DNA of 59,932 nt from contig JAZNOI010000129.1 in the NCBI GenBank assembly GCA_045580755.1, positions 1 to 59,932 on the forward strand, given 5' to 3'. The notes below the pieces were generated by a model that worked only from the letters and a program-made list of their open reading frames with translations, was not told the origin of the DNA and did not search any database. Numbering within the stretch: the first letter of the stretch is position 1; every line of letters starts with the position of its first letter. Position numbers and translations under genes: made by a program. Origin of the DNA: Eubacteriales bacterium (GTDB lineage: Bacteria > Bacillota > Clostridia > Oscillospirales > CAG-272). This document shows positions 42,431 to 52,505 of this stretch, one piece after another.

Positions 42431-43615
42431 TCAATACTTTCTCCAAACCATTTTATCAACAACGCCCGTATAGCTTTGAATAAGCTTTACAACCTTTGTC
42501 GATACGTTTTCTTCAATGTAGTCGGGTACGGGTATTCCGTATTCACCGTCAACGTTCATAGACACCGCCGTGTCAACAGCCTGCAAAAGACTCTTCTCGT
42601 CAATTCCGGCAAGAACGAAGCAAGCCTTGTCAAGTGCTTCGGGACGCTCGGTCGACGTACGGATACATACTGCGGGGAAAGGATGACCTACGCTCGTAAA
42701 GAAGCTACTTTCTTCAGGCAACGTTCCCGAGTCGGATACAACCGCAAAAGCATTCATCTGCAAACAGTTATAATCATGGAATCCCAAAGGCTCATTTTGA
42801 ATAACCCGCTTATCAAGCTTAAAGCCCGACTGTTCAAGACGTTTTTTCGAGCGCGGATGACACGAGTAAAGTATGGGCATATCGTATTTTTCCGCCATTT
42901 TATTTATAGCCGTAAACAAGCTGTGGAAGTTCTTTTCGGTATCAATATTCTCTTCTCTGTGAGCAGAAAGAAGAATATATTTGCCCTTTTCGAGACCAAG
43001 CCTGCTATGAACGTCGGAAGCTTCGATCTCTGCAAGGTTATTATGCAAGACCTCTGCCATAGGAGAACCCGTTACGTATACTCTTTCTTTGGGAAGTCCG
43101 CATTCGTGCAAATACTTTCTTGCGTGCTCGGAATACGCAAGATTTACGTCAGAAATAATGTCAACTATACGGCGGTTCGTTTCTTCGGGCAAGCACTCGT
43201 CTTTGCAACGGTTGCCCGCTTCCATATGAAAGATCGGAATGTGAAGTCTTTTTGCCGCGATAGCTGAGAGACACGAATTGGTATCACCTAAGATAAGAAG
43301 TGCATCCGGCTTTATCTGATTCATAAGCTTGTATGAGCAATTGATAATGTTGCCGACCGTAGCACCAAGATCGTCGCCGACAGCATCCATATAAACTTCG
43401 GGATCGTCAAGTTTAAGATCGCGGAAGAATACTCCGTTTAAGTTATAATCATAGTTCTGACCGGTATGTGCAAGAACAGTATCAAAATACTTTCTGCACT
43501 TGTTTATAACAGCCGCAAGACGAATTATCTCCGGTCTTGTTCCTACGATTATAAGAAGCTTAAGCTTGCCGTTATCTTTAAATTTAATGTCGCTGTAATC
43601 AGTTTTAATATTCAT
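42431..43615 (-). CDS. capG: UDP-2-acetamido-2,6-dideoxy-L-talose 2-epimerase (CapG/FnlC-type non-hydrolysing 2-epimerase)
   Basis: LKLLIIVGTRPEIIRLAAVI..LAHTGQNYDYNLNGVFFRDLKL closely parallels the Cap5G/FnlC N-terminus as I recall it. Confidence 0.75.
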   Translation of the reverse strand: MNIKTDYSDIKFKDNGKLKLLIIVGTRPEIIRLAAVINKCRKYFDTVLAHTGQNYDYNLNGVFFRDLKLDDPEVYMDAVGDDLGATVGNIINCSYKLMNQIKPDALLILGDTNSCLSAIAAKRLHIPIFHMEAGNRCKDECLPEETNRRIVDIISDVNLAYSEHARKYLHECGLPKERVYVTGSPMAEVLHNNLAEIEASDVHSRLGLEKGKYILLSAHREENIDTEKNFHSLFTAINKMAEKYDMPILYSCHPRSKKRLEQSGFKLDKRVIQNEPLGFHDYNCLQMNAFAVVSDSGTLPEESSFFTSVGHPFPAVCIRTSTERPEALDKACFVLAGIDEKSLLQAVDTAVSMNVDGEYGIPVPDYIEENVSTKVVKLIQSYTGVVDKMVWRKY

Positions 43616-43627
43616 ATTATACCTCTG

Positions 43628-44143
43628 TCATTTTATCGGATATTGTCTGTTTTCTATTATCATCCCTGCCTCGACTTTGATGCACGAAGGGATTTTGTTT
43701 TCGGCTTTTACGACGGCATTGAGACAAACGTGTGTACCTTCACCTATAATGCAGTCGTGATCTATCACCGCACCGCAATTAACGATAACACCTTTGTTTA
43801 TAACAGTGTTAGTGTTAACGATCGCATTTGGAAGGATCGCAGAACCGATATCAATTTTTGCCGAAGGGCTTACGTATGCACTCTTGTGAATAATCGTAGC
43901 AACTTTTGCACCATTTTCGAAAAGCGTGTTTACCCAATTCAATCTGGCTTCATTAGCACCGAAAGCAACGTAAAACTCGGTATCAGCATCAATATGCTTC
44001 ATATACGTATCACACCTGCCGATAACACGCTTGTCAGCACTGTTATCATCAAGAAAGAATATACTATTATACTTTTCGGTCTGCTCGGCAAGCTCGGCAA
44101 TCACCCTACCATATCCGCCTGCCCCTATGATGATAAGCCTCAT
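43628..44143 (-). CDS. NeuD/PglD-family hexapeptide-repeat acetyltransferase
   Basis: MRLIIIGAGGYGRVIAEL Rossmann-like N-terminus plus left-handed beta-helix repeats (VINKGVIVNCGAVIDHDCIIGEGTHV). Confidence 0.7.
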   Translation of the reverse strand: MRLIIIGAGGYGRVIAELAEQTEKYNSIFFLDDNSADKRVIGRCDTYMKHIDADTEFYVAFGANEARLNWVNTLFENGAKVATIIHKSAYVSPSAKIDIGSAILPNAIVNTNTVINKGVIVNCGAVIDHDCIIGEGTHVCLNAVVKAENKIPSCIKVEAGMIIENRQYPIK

Positions 44144-45342
44144 TACTCAACCACCTCAAAGAACGTGTCAGGATGATTCGGGTCGAATTGCTCGTTTGCC
44201 CACATAACTGTTACAAGATCTTCGGTTTCCGAAAGGTTTATTATGTTATGTGTATAGCCCGGGAGCATGTGTACAGCTTCGATCTTTTCTCCCGAAACTT
44301 CAAAATTCAACACTTCGTCAGTTCCGATCTTCCGCTGCTGAATAAGCCCTTTTCCGCTCACGACAACGAAAAACTCCCACTTTGTATGGTGCCAGTGCTG
44401 ACCTTTTGTTATGCCCGGCTTTGAAATATTGACCGATACTTGTCCGCACTTTTCGCTTTTTATGATCTCGGTAAAGCTGCCCCTTGCGTCAACGTTCATT
44501 TTCAAAGGGAATGCAACCTTTTCTTTCGGGAGATACGAAAGATAAGTAGAATAAAGCTTTTTCGCAAATGAGTTATTTGCAATTTCGGGCATAACAAGCG
44601 TTTCAGCCTGTTTTTTGAACGAATCAAGAAGGTCAACGATTTCGCCGAGAGTTACTTTATGCGTAGTGGGAACGGCACAGTATTTGCCGTCTTCACAAAG
44701 AACTGTATCTATGCCATCAAACGTGCAACGGTGTTCTTTGTTTTCCAAGGCATCGAACATCTCCTGAACCAGATCGTCAATATACAAAAGCTCAAGCTGA
44801 ATCGCTCTGTCGTTGACCTGGATCGGCAGGTCGTTTGCAATATTGTTACAGAATGTCGCGACAGCCGAATTATAGTTAGGTCTGCACCATTTACCGAAAA
44901 GATTCGGGAATCTGTATACAAGAACTTTTGCTCCCGTTTCTCTTCCGTATTCGAAGACGAGCTCTTCACCCGCTTTTTTACTTCTGCCGTAATCACTGTC
45001 GTATCTGCCTATGCACGTTGCTTGAATGGACGAAGAGATCATAATGGGGCAAGTATTGTTGTGCTTTTTGAGTGTGTCAAGCAAAGTCGATGCAAAACCG
45101 AAATTTCCTTGCATAAACTCTTCCGGATTCTGAGGACGGTTTACACCTGCAAGGTTGAATACGAAGTCTGCATTTTCGCAATAACCGTCAAGCAACGCAG
45201 GATCGGTGTCAATGTCATATTCATATATCTCGTCAATTGTGATCGCAGGTCGAGTTTTGTCTTTGCCGTCTTTTATGCTTTTCAGCGAAGCAACAAGATT
45301 TTTACCTACAAAGCCTGCCGCACCCGTAACAAGTATTTTCAT
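44143..45342 (-). CDS. capF: CapF/FnlB-type bifunctional reductase/epimerase (SDR plus C-terminal cupin)
   Basis: MKILVTGAAGFVGKNL.., YGRSKKAGE.., and a C-terminal cupin segment GITKGQHWHHTKWEFFVVVSG..GYTHNIINL. Confidence 0.75.
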   Translation of the reverse strand: MKILVTGAAGFVGKNLVASLKSIKDGKDKTRPAITIDEIYEYDIDTDPALLDGYCENADFVFNLAGVNRPQNPEEFMQGNFGFASTLLDTLKKHNNTCPIMISSSIQATCIGRYDSDYGRSKKAGEELVFEYGRETGAKVLVYRFPNLFGKWCRPNYNSAVATFCNNIANDLPIQVNDRAIQLELLYIDDLVQEMFDALENKEHRCTFDGIDTVLCEDGKYCAVPTTHKVTLGEIVDLLDSFKKQAETLVMPEIANNSFAKKLYSTYLSYLPKEKVAFPLKMNVDARGSFTEIIKSEKCGQVSVNISKPGITKGQHWHHTKWEFFVVVSGKGLIQQRKIGTDEVLNFEVSGEKIEAVHMLPGYTHNIINLSETEDLVTVMWANEQFDPNHPDTFFEVVE

Positions 45343-45344
45343 AA

Positions 45345-46391
45345 TTATTTAGCTTCCTTTGCCATTTCTTCTTGAATGTATGCCAGTGATGCGATCTTTT
45401 CTTTGGTCTGCTCAACAGTAAGAAGCTCTGTATTGTTAGAGTTAAACTCGGTGAGAGTGTTACGCTCGGTATCGCCGTCTTTGAAATACTTGTCGTAGTT
45501 AAGACCGCGCTTGTCCGAGGGAACTCGGTAGAACTGACCCATATCGATCGCATTTGCGCACTCTTCGTTTGTGAGCAATGTTTCATACATTTTTTCGCCG
45601 TGACGGATACCGATAACTTTGATGTTATTTTTGTCGCCGCCAAAGAGCTCGCATACTGCTTCAGCCTGAGTCTGAATCGTACAAGCAGGTGCTTTTTGTA
45701 CGAGAATATCTCCTGATACGCCATGCTCGAAAGCAAACAGAACGAGATCGACTGCCTCATCGAGTGACATGATGAAACGAGTCATTGTGGGATCGGTAAT
45801 GGTTATGGGCTGTCCGTTTCTGATCTGATCGATCCAAAGAGGAATGACCGAACCGCGCGAACACATTACGTTGCCGTAACGAGTACAACAGATCTTTGTT
45901 TTTGCAGGGTCGATGGTTCTCGCTTTTGCGACGATGACCTTTTCCATCATAGCCTTGGAAGTACCCATAGCGTTTACGGGGTACGCCGCTTTATCGGTGG
46001 AAAGGCATACTATATTTTTAACGCCCGCTTCAATAGCGGCAGTAAGAACGTTTTCGGTGCCGAGAACGTTTGTTTTTACAGCTTCGATCGGGAAGAATTC
46101 ACACGAGGGAACCTGTTTTAATGCAGCCGCGTGGAATATGTAGTCAACGCCGTGCATAGCGTTTTTAACACTTGCAATATCGCGCACGTCGCCGATATAG
46201 AATTTTATTTTTTCAGCCACTTCCGGCATTTTAGCCTGAAATTCGTGGCGCATATCGTCCTGCTTTTTCTCGTCGCGCGAGAAAATGCGTATTTCTCCGA
46301 TATCTGTCTTTAAAAACCTGTTGAGTACAGCGTTACCAAAAGAACCCGTACCACCCGTTATAAGTAATGTTTTGTTTGTAAAAAGTGACAT
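45345..46391 (-). CDS. capE: UDP-GlcNAc 4,6-dehydratase/5-epimerase (CapE/FnlA type)
   Basis: LLITGGTGSFGNAVLNRFLKTDIGEIRIFSRDEKKQDDMRHEF..FYIGDVRD closely parallels Cap5E/FnlA as I recall it. Confidence 0.85.
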   Translation of the reverse strand: MSLFTNKTLLITGGTGSFGNAVLNRFLKTDIGEIRIFSRDEKKQDDMRHEFQAKMPEVAEKIKFYIGDVRDIASVKNAMHGVDYIFHAAALKQVPSCEFFPIEAVKTNVLGTENVLTAAIEAGVKNIVCLSTDKAAYPVNAMGTSKAMMEKVIVAKARTIDPAKTKICCTRYGNVMCSRGSVIPLWIDQIRNGQPITITDPTMTRFIMSLDEAVDLVLFAFEHGVSGDILVQKAPACTIQTQAEAVCELFGGDKNNIKVIGIRHGEKMYETLLTNEECANAIDMGQFYRVPSDKRGLNYDKYFKDGDTERNTLTEFNSNNTELLTVEQTKEKIASLAYIQEEMAKEAK

Positions 46392-46414
46392 TTTCTTATT
46401 CCTCCAAAAACTCT

Positions 46415-47920
46415 TTATCTTTTTAATTTTTTTCTTATAGCTTTTATAATTATTGTTCTTTCTTGATTGTTAACGCATAAGACAACTCCAAAGAAAACTA
46501 TTATAATAATCGGCGAAATTATTAAACCATATAACAAGAAGGTAAAAAAGGAATTAATACTAATAGAAAGGTATTTTTCAACAAGAACAACCACAGCAAA
46601 AAGAGACAAATTACATATTAATACGCCAAGATTCTTCCAAGGTTTTCTATTGAAAACATATTTATTTGAAAAAAACAGTACATCTATCAATCTATATGTA
46701 AGAGCAATAACAGTTCCTACCAGGACTCCATATATCCCCCACAATTGCACAAAAATCAAAGACAATACTATGTTCAATCCCGCCTCTGTGTATGAACGCC
46801 ACACAACTTTTGGGGCTAATCCAGCTACGTTTATTGTAATATCGCCTACATTTTTACTACACATTAGTATCTGGATAATACAGAATAAAAGAGGCAACCA
46901 TTCATACACATAATTAACATCAGAGATTCCTGATGTGTATATTTTTATAAAGGGTATTATCAAAACGTAACATATTGCAAACAACGACGAGGTCAAAGTA
47001 ATGTATAGGAGATAGTAAATATCGTGTGTCTTTTTAAATTCAACCATTCCCCGCTGATAAGAATGCCCTAACAAATACGACGTGCTCGAGTAAATCGTAT
47101 TTATTATCGAATTTACGCTTGTTACAACCAAAGAATAAATTGAATAAACGCTTGAAATGGCATACCCGCAAAACATCGAAAGAACAACAACGTCTGTGTT
47201 AGTACAGATCAAACTTGAAATATGAAAAGAAAGATATGATTTTCGATTTTTTAATACCGAATAATCGTCGTTCTTTCCAAAAGTATACTCTCCATACTCT
47301 TTTTTTCTATACAGATAAAACGCCAAATACTGTAGTATTGCAATAAAAAGTGCAACTGCTTTTACTAAAACCGGATTCTTGGTATACACTATCATAACAA
47401 TCTCTAATAGTTTCACCAAAATAGTTCCAACAGTCTGTATAGAAATAAAAACATAATTCTTTCCTTCTGCTCTAAGAAGGTCTACAAACCAATATATATG
47501 AGAAAAATTAATCCATCCCGTAATTCCTTGCATCAGCACGATCAATACTATTTCATATGAACTCAGCCCAGCGTTACCTGCCACTGAAAAAACTATTGTA
47601 ATAATCGCTGTACATACCAAATAAACAATTCCAAGTCTTTGAAAATATGTTTTGGATGCCGAAATAATTCTGGATACTTCAATTTTATCATCGTTTACAA
47701 TCGGCTTATATAAAGCTTGTATAGCTGCCATTCCCACTCCGGCTCTTAACACTTCCAAGTAAGAATACAACTGTGTAACGGTACTAAAAAAACCGTTTAC
47801 CTCTGAGCCAAAACCGGAAATTAATAATCTCGGTAAAATAATTCCTAATGCCAATGAAACAATTTGGCTCGAAAAAGCCAAGACTATATTCTTAGCACTC
47901 TTTTTGGCATTACTCTCCAT
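46415..47920 (-). CDS. wzx: Wzx-type polysaccharide flippase (MOP superfamily)
   Basis: 501 aa, about 14 TM helices, AT-rich. Position within the glycan locus supports the call. Confidence 0.7.
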   Translation of the reverse strand: MESNAKKSAKNIVLAFSSQIVSLALGIILPRLLISGFGSEVNGFFSTVTQLYSYLEVLRAGVGMAAIQALYKPIVNDDKIEVSRIISASKTYFQRLGIVYLVCTAIITIVFSVAGNAGLSSYEIVLIVLMQGITGWINFSHIYWFVDLLRAEGKNYVFISIQTVGTILVKLLEIVMIVYTKNPVLVKAVALFIAILQYLAFYLYRKKEYGEYTFGKNDDYSVLKNRKSYLSFHISSLICTNTDVVVLSMFCGYAISSVYSIYSLVVTSVNSIINTIYSSTSYLLGHSYQRGMVEFKKTHDIYYLLYITLTSSLFAICYVLIIPFIKIYTSGISDVNYVYEWLPLLFCIIQILMCSKNVGDITINVAGLAPKVVWRSYTEAGLNIVLSLIFVQLWGIYGVLVGTVIALTYRLIDVLFFSNKYVFNRKPWKNLGVLICNLSLFAVVVLVEKYLSISINSFFTFLLYGLIISPIIIIVFFGVVLCVNNQERTIIIKAIRKKLKR

Positions 47921-47950
47921 TTTACCTCCTTTTTATCAAAAAAACACTAC

Positions 47951-49078
47951 TTAATTCCATGGACAAACAGGTCTTTCCTTTACGTCATTGCTAGAAGTAT
48001 ATTTGAGTACGTCTGCTAAATATTTGGCAACTGTATCGCAAGAAATATTATCTGAAAAAGCTTTAGTTTTTTCTTTCCAATAATTTATTTTTTCAGGTTC
48101 ATCAATAACAGCCTGTATTGCTTCTCTCATCAGCCCACTATCGTTTGCCGCGATCACTATACCGTTTCCGCATTTTTCTACTAACTCATGGCTGACTGTT
48201 TGATCTGTTACAATAGCTCCGATACCCGCATTTATCGATAAATTGCAATGCAAATTCCAGCCATCTAGTTTACTGGGAACAATTATAACGTCATATTCGT
48301 TTAACTTTTCGCAAATTTTGTTCCGGTCACAAACGCCAATGCACTCAACACCGTCCATATTTTTCACGCGGTTTTTAATATCTTCGGCATCAGCGCCATA
48401 ATTACCAATAAGATCGAGACTCCAATCACCGCCAATACCTGTAAATGCATCAAGCATAATATCTACACCTTTGTTTTTGTAATCAAAACGCCCCACGTAA
48501 ACAAAGCGAATTGGTTTTCCAACCGTATATTCTTTAGGAAAAAGAGAAGTCGCACCGTCGCTATACATCAGATTGAAAAGCTTATTCTTTTTAAATCCAT
48601 AGTACTTTCTAAAACAATCGACACCAACTTTTCCACGAGCCAAAAAACAAGATACTTTATTTATCAAATAGCTATTCTTAATTATTCTAAAAGGTGACTT
48701 TAGAATATCCTTTATTCTCGACCTGTTTAATGCATTGTACAACGAGTTATTTCGCTCGGAAACTATACCAAACTGTATTTTATATTTTTTTATATACTGC
48801 AGACAATTTCTTGTCATTTCAAGCCCGTTAAATAAGATGTAAGCATCTTTATTCTCAGAAAAGAAGCTATCATCAAACTGGATTTTTTCCTTGTCCATTA
48901 TTATTGTTTTTATATATCGGGTCGTTCCCGAGTATCCGCAATCGGAACGGCATTCATCAAACGAAGTTTCTGCGTATACAACTACATCGCCATCCCAATA
49001 ATCTTTTGCAAAACACTCAAACATTTTTTCATCAACATCAAGCGGAGTGTGTCTTAGTATCAGCAGATTCTTTCCCAT
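47951..49078 (-). CDS. Glycosyltransferase (GT-B fold, type B of a duplicated pair), C-terminal CPW motif
   Basis: Paralog of 53716-54858: ILRHTPLDVDEKMFECFAKDYWDG versus FWRNIPPDVNLGVFEYIANNWNG, VPSKLDGWNL versus VPSKYDGWNL, ERPVCPWN versus EKPECPWRKV. Its start overlaps the 3' end of wzy by 41 nt. Confidence 0.65.
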   Translation of the reverse strand: MGKNLLILRHTPLDVDEKMFECFAKDYWDGDVVVYAETSFDECRSDCGYSGTTRYIKTIIMDKEKIQFDDSFFSENKDAYILFNGLEMTRNCLQYIKKYKIQFGIVSERNNSLYNALNRSRIKDILKSPFRIIKNSYLINKVSCFLARGKVGVDCFRKYYGFKKNKLFNLMYSDGATSLFPKEYTVGKPIRFVYVGRFDYKNKGVDIMLDAFTGIGGDWSLDLIGNYGADAEDIKNRVKNMDGVECIGVCDRNKICEKLNEYDVIIVPSKLDGWNLHCNLSINAGIGAIVTDQTVSHELVEKCGNGIVIAANDSGLMREAIQAVIDEPEKINYWKEKTKAFSDNISCDTVAKYLADVLKYTSSNDVKERPVCPWN

Positions 49079-50237
49079 AAAAATCTCCTTTCTTTAAATC
49101 ATGTCCATCAATCGCAATAACATAGATACTGTAGAATGAAGCAGCATAAAACGACCCGGACACAAGATTTGCGGATTCGGTTGAAGAGTGGAATATAATA
49201 ACCAACAGAGCAGCAAATGCAACTAAATTCCACTTTGTTTTCGAAAACTTGTTACACTTTTTTATAAAAGAAAACATAATTGCCAAAAACAATAGCAGTC
49301 CAAATATACCAATGGTCAAAAAAACCGATATATAGGCATTTAAACTATTTTCGAAAAAATAAGAAAAGCGACCAAAAATAACTTCGTCAATTCCTTGTTC
49401 GGCTATACGTGATAAGAATATCTCTGTTCTTCCGGTATCAATCACTTCCCCCATAAAATAACTCTTCGACAATATTGGTTGCAATAAATATGAAATAACA
49501 GTTAGGTATATGGGTGAAAAAAAGCTATGAAGCTGTATTGACCTTGGAATTTTTTTTAAATAATTGAATACCACAAAAGCAACATATAACAATAACACTG
49601 ACAATATACACGCCCTTGATTTAGTTAAAAAAACTAAATATACAAGATACAGCGAGTCCGCAACAAGGATTATCCGTATAATCTTATTGTTAAAATAATA
49701 AAAACCTGCCAATAAAACAGCGATACACGCCAACAGATGCATAGCGGTTTCATTTGGATTTGAATACCCCAAAGTTAAATCTTCTATAGTTTGAACTCCA
49801 TATTCGCCTAAAAAGTAATAAGCTCTATCAGAGAAAGAAGCAAAAATGAATATAAGCGATACAAGGAAGTTGATATAACACGCAAACTTTATTCTCTCCC
49901 TTGACTCCAAGGGGCGAGTAAAAACAATAAAAAGTGGTATTTCTAAGAATGAAAACAAGCCAACCAAAGCGCCGTACGAAAGCGTTTCTGCATACACTAT
50001 TGCCACAAAGGAAACGACAAGTATTGCCACAAGCTCTAATAAAGCCCTCTGCTCATAAAACTTACACATAAACCCATCAACTGCTATAAACACTGTGGAT
50101 AACAGAATCGTCCATACCCCTATACTTGTTACGCTGGAATTCCCGAAAGCACCGCCGTACAGCGACAGCAATAATCCGATTTGAGATACTTTAAACAGCA
50201 AAATAGCAGTGTTATTTTTTTCATTTATAATTCTCAT
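49038..50237 (-). CDS. wzy: Wzy-type polymerase / O-antigen-ligase-like membrane protein
   Basis: 399 aa, polytopic with one larger loop, very AT-rich. It sits between glycosyltransferase genes. Confidence 0.6.
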   Translation of the reverse strand: MRIINEKNNTAILLFKVSQIGLLLSLYGGAFGNSSVTSIGVWTILLSTVFIAVDGFMCKFYEQRALLELVAILVVSFVAIVYAETLSYGALVGLFSFLEIPLFIVFTRPLESRERIKFACYINFLVSLIFIFASFSDRAYYFLGEYGVQTIEDLTLGYSNPNETAMHLLACIAVLLAGFYYFNNKIIRIILVADSLYLVYLVFLTKSRACILSVLLLYVAFVVFNYLKKIPRSIQLHSFFSPIYLTVISYLLQPILSKSYFMGEVIDTGRTEIFLSRIAEQGIDEVIFGRFSYFFENSLNAYISVFLTIGIFGLLLFLAIMFSFIKKCNKFSKTKWNLVAFAALLVIIFHSSTESANLVSGSFYAASFYSIYVIAIDGHDLKKGDFYGKESADTKTHSA

Positions 50238-50275
50238 CTTACCGCCTTTTTGACATACAAACCAAATACATATTT

Positions 50276-51493
50276 CTAGTCATCTAATAAGGATCTATAC
50301 AACTCACAGTACTGTTTTATATTATCTTCCATACAAAAGTTATTTTCTGCAAATGCTCTGCAAGCATCTTCGTAATAAGCTTTTGTATTACCGTGTATTT
50401 TCTCTACAGCAGATAACATAGTGTCAACATCGCAGTTTGGAATTACAACACCACATGAATCCAAAACCAATTCTTTATTTACGGTTGCATCAATAGCAAT
50501 AACAGGAGTTCCGCATGCGAGCGACTCTGCTGTAACTTTTCCAAAGGTTTCTGCCGTTGACAAATTCAAATAAACATCAGCCAAAGAATACAATACTGCC
50601 AACTGTTCTTTATCAGATACAGAACCGACAGAAATAATATTCTCAGGCAAAGGATCGTCACAATTCATATTGCCAACCAATACGATAACCATATCCGCAG
50701 GTAGTCGTTTGGAAAGTTCAATATAATTATCTAAACCCTTTCTGTCACTTTTTTCCCATACTGCAGAAACGCCTAAAATTACAAATTTATCTTGAAGGTT
50801 ATACTTTTCTCTCGCAGTCTCTTTTTCTTCTTTTCTTGGATAAAAAACATTTAAATCTATCCAATTGTATATTCTTCTTACAATTTTATCTTTACATATT
50901 TCAGCTTTTTTTGCCTGCTCGACAACCCAATCTGATACACCAATGAAAGCAAGCCGGTCGATCGATTGTAACCATTTCTTTTTATCCAGCCACATTTTTT
51001 TACTTTGTTCAAATAACCTCGGCCTGTTTTTGACTTGGGGAGCAGGACATTTATAACATCCCGTCATCCATCTGTCACAATTATTGGTAGTAAAGAAACA
51101 ACACTTTCCTGTCAAGAACCAAAAATCGTGCATTGTAATTACGGTAGCTATGTCTTTTTTCGCCAAATACTGTAACAACATACGCAAATTAATGCAGTTG
51201 CTATGCAAAATTCTCAAATGCACAACATCAGGCTTTTCATTATTTAAATATTCTAATAAACGTTTTGTCTGTTTTTTTGAATGATATCCCTCAAGACCTG
51301 TCAACATTGTCAACAACGTATCAAAACGCATTGATTTACGATCAGAAAAGAAAAATGCATCATCACAGTCAAGCGGAGCAGGACAAACTATTCTGCTTTC
51401 TATCCCGTGTTCTTTAAAGTAGTTATGCATTTCCCTTGTCGTTCTTCCCGTACTTAACGTTGCTCCCAAGGCATTGATCTGAATGACTTTCAT
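50276..51493 (-). CDS. GT4 glycosyltransferase (type A of a duplicated pair) with a 4-Cys insertion
   Basis: MKVIQINALGATLSTGRTT.., HDFWFLTGKCCFFTTNNCDRWMTGCYKCPAP, ..ETFGKVTAESLACGTPVIA (E-x7-E region). Confidence 0.7.
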   Translation of the reverse strand: MKVIQINALGATLSTGRTTREMHNYFKEHGIESRIVCPAPLDCDDAFFFSDRKSMRFDTLLTMLTGLEGYHSKKQTKRLLEYLNNEKPDVVHLRILHSNCINLRMLLQYLAKKDIATVITMHDFWFLTGKCCFFTTNNCDRWMTGCYKCPAPQVKNRPRLFEQSKKMWLDKKKWLQSIDRLAFIGVSDWVVEQAKKAEICKDKIVRRIYNWIDLNVFYPRKEEKETAREKYNLQDKFVILGVSAVWEKSDRKGLDNYIELSKRLPADMVIVLVGNMNCDDPLPENIISVGSVSDKEQLAVLYSLADVYLNLSTAETFGKVTAESLACGTPVIAIDATVNKELVLDSCGVVIPNCDVDTMLSAVEKIHGNTKAYYEDACRAFAENNFCMEDNIKQYCELYRSLLDD

Positions 51494-51506
51494 AATAATC
51501 TCCTTA

Positions 51507-52490
51507 TTACCAATAACATCCGCCCTCTACAATATCGGAATTTTTAGGTTTCGCTTCTTCACCCGGAGAAACCCAATGCTCATTATAGAGTTCAGCTGCT
51601 TTTGGAATTAGATCCCATCTTTTTCCTCTAATGCCAAACAGCATTTGAAGGACACCTCCCATATAAATTGCTTGTTTACCCTGCTTCTTTATATGTGCAG
51701 CCAAAGACATACCGTATGCCCCACAACCGAGCAACGCTATGTCAAAATCGACCTTATCAGCTTCATTTTTCATATAATCCAAAGCTTCAAACCAGTCAGA
51801 AAACCTTTCATCTCGTTCTCCTGCAATTGTTTGAACGGCTTTTATCGTTTTTAGCGAAAACTCCGGCAACCATCCGTTTGGATATATCAATTCCCGCTTT
51901 TTATATTGGCTTTCTATGAGTTCAGCCAACGGATGAATAACAAGTACCTTTTTTCCTTTTAGGGCGCAGGTAAAAGGCTCTTCATACCGCCAAAAGTCCA
52001 TCATATTCAAGTGAGTAAGTTTTACATTCTTTGACATATAATGAACTATAAAATAATCTTCCCATATCATTCTGAACGTTCCATAAAGATCGCATTGATA
52101 TGATGCATCGATCAATTCATCACAAAAACGAGACACAGTGTCTTCTGTGCAAGGAAACAATCCGCTTTGATCACATGGCAACTGTATTTCCTCCAGATTT
52201 ATGGAGTCGATCACACCTTTATCTTTCATCAGCTTCTGCGATGCTATCCAAAGCTCATTAGTCCCGTATCTTCCAAACATAAACGGCTCATTCGACTTGA
52301 TCATTTGTTTCAGATACTCATTACCGCGATTTTGATTCATCACAACGTGATGTGCATATATCGGAGATCTGAGCTTGTGCTTTGTCAATTTTGCAAAAGC
52401 CGTTCTAACTCCCGCTGTACAATAAAATCTCCAAAACATATCCGGGTCTGACTTCACCATTCTTATAGGATCTGTACCGCTAAAATACAT
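51507..52490 (-). CDS. Hypothetical protein in the glycan locus, possibly a GT-D/DUF1792-like transferase
   Basis: FGRYGTNE resembles the RFGDGE motif. LLGCGAYGMSLAAHIKKQGKQAIYMGGVLQMLFGI is present. No TM helix or signal peptide. The assignment is weak. Confidence 0.3.
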   Translation of the reverse strand: MYFSGTDPIRMVKSDPDMFWRFYCTAGVRTAFAKLTKHKLRSPIYAHHVVMNQNRGNEYLKQMIKSNEPFMFGRYGTNELWIASQKLMKDKGVIDSINLEEIQLPCDQSGLFPCTEDTVSRFCDELIDASYQCDLYGTFRMIWEDYFIVHYMSKNVKLTHLNMMDFWRYEEPFTCALKGKKVLVIHPLAELIESQYKKRELIYPNGWLPEFSLKTIKAVQTIAGERDERFSDWFEALDYMKNEADKVDFDIALLGCGAYGMSLAAHIKKQGKQAIYMGGVLQMLFGIRGKRWDLIPKAAELYNEHWVSPGEEAKPKNSDIVEGGCYW

Positions 52491-52505
52491 ATCATTTCCC
52501 TCTTG

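Noticed and set aside
42368-45375. Plus-strand ORFs of 236-299 aa (42368-43267, 43466-44176, 44659-45375) and the minus-strand alternative-frame ORF 45302-45760
   Set aside because: All overlap the strongly recognisable capG, acetyltransferase, capF and capE frames. They are shadow ORFs typical of this codon bias.
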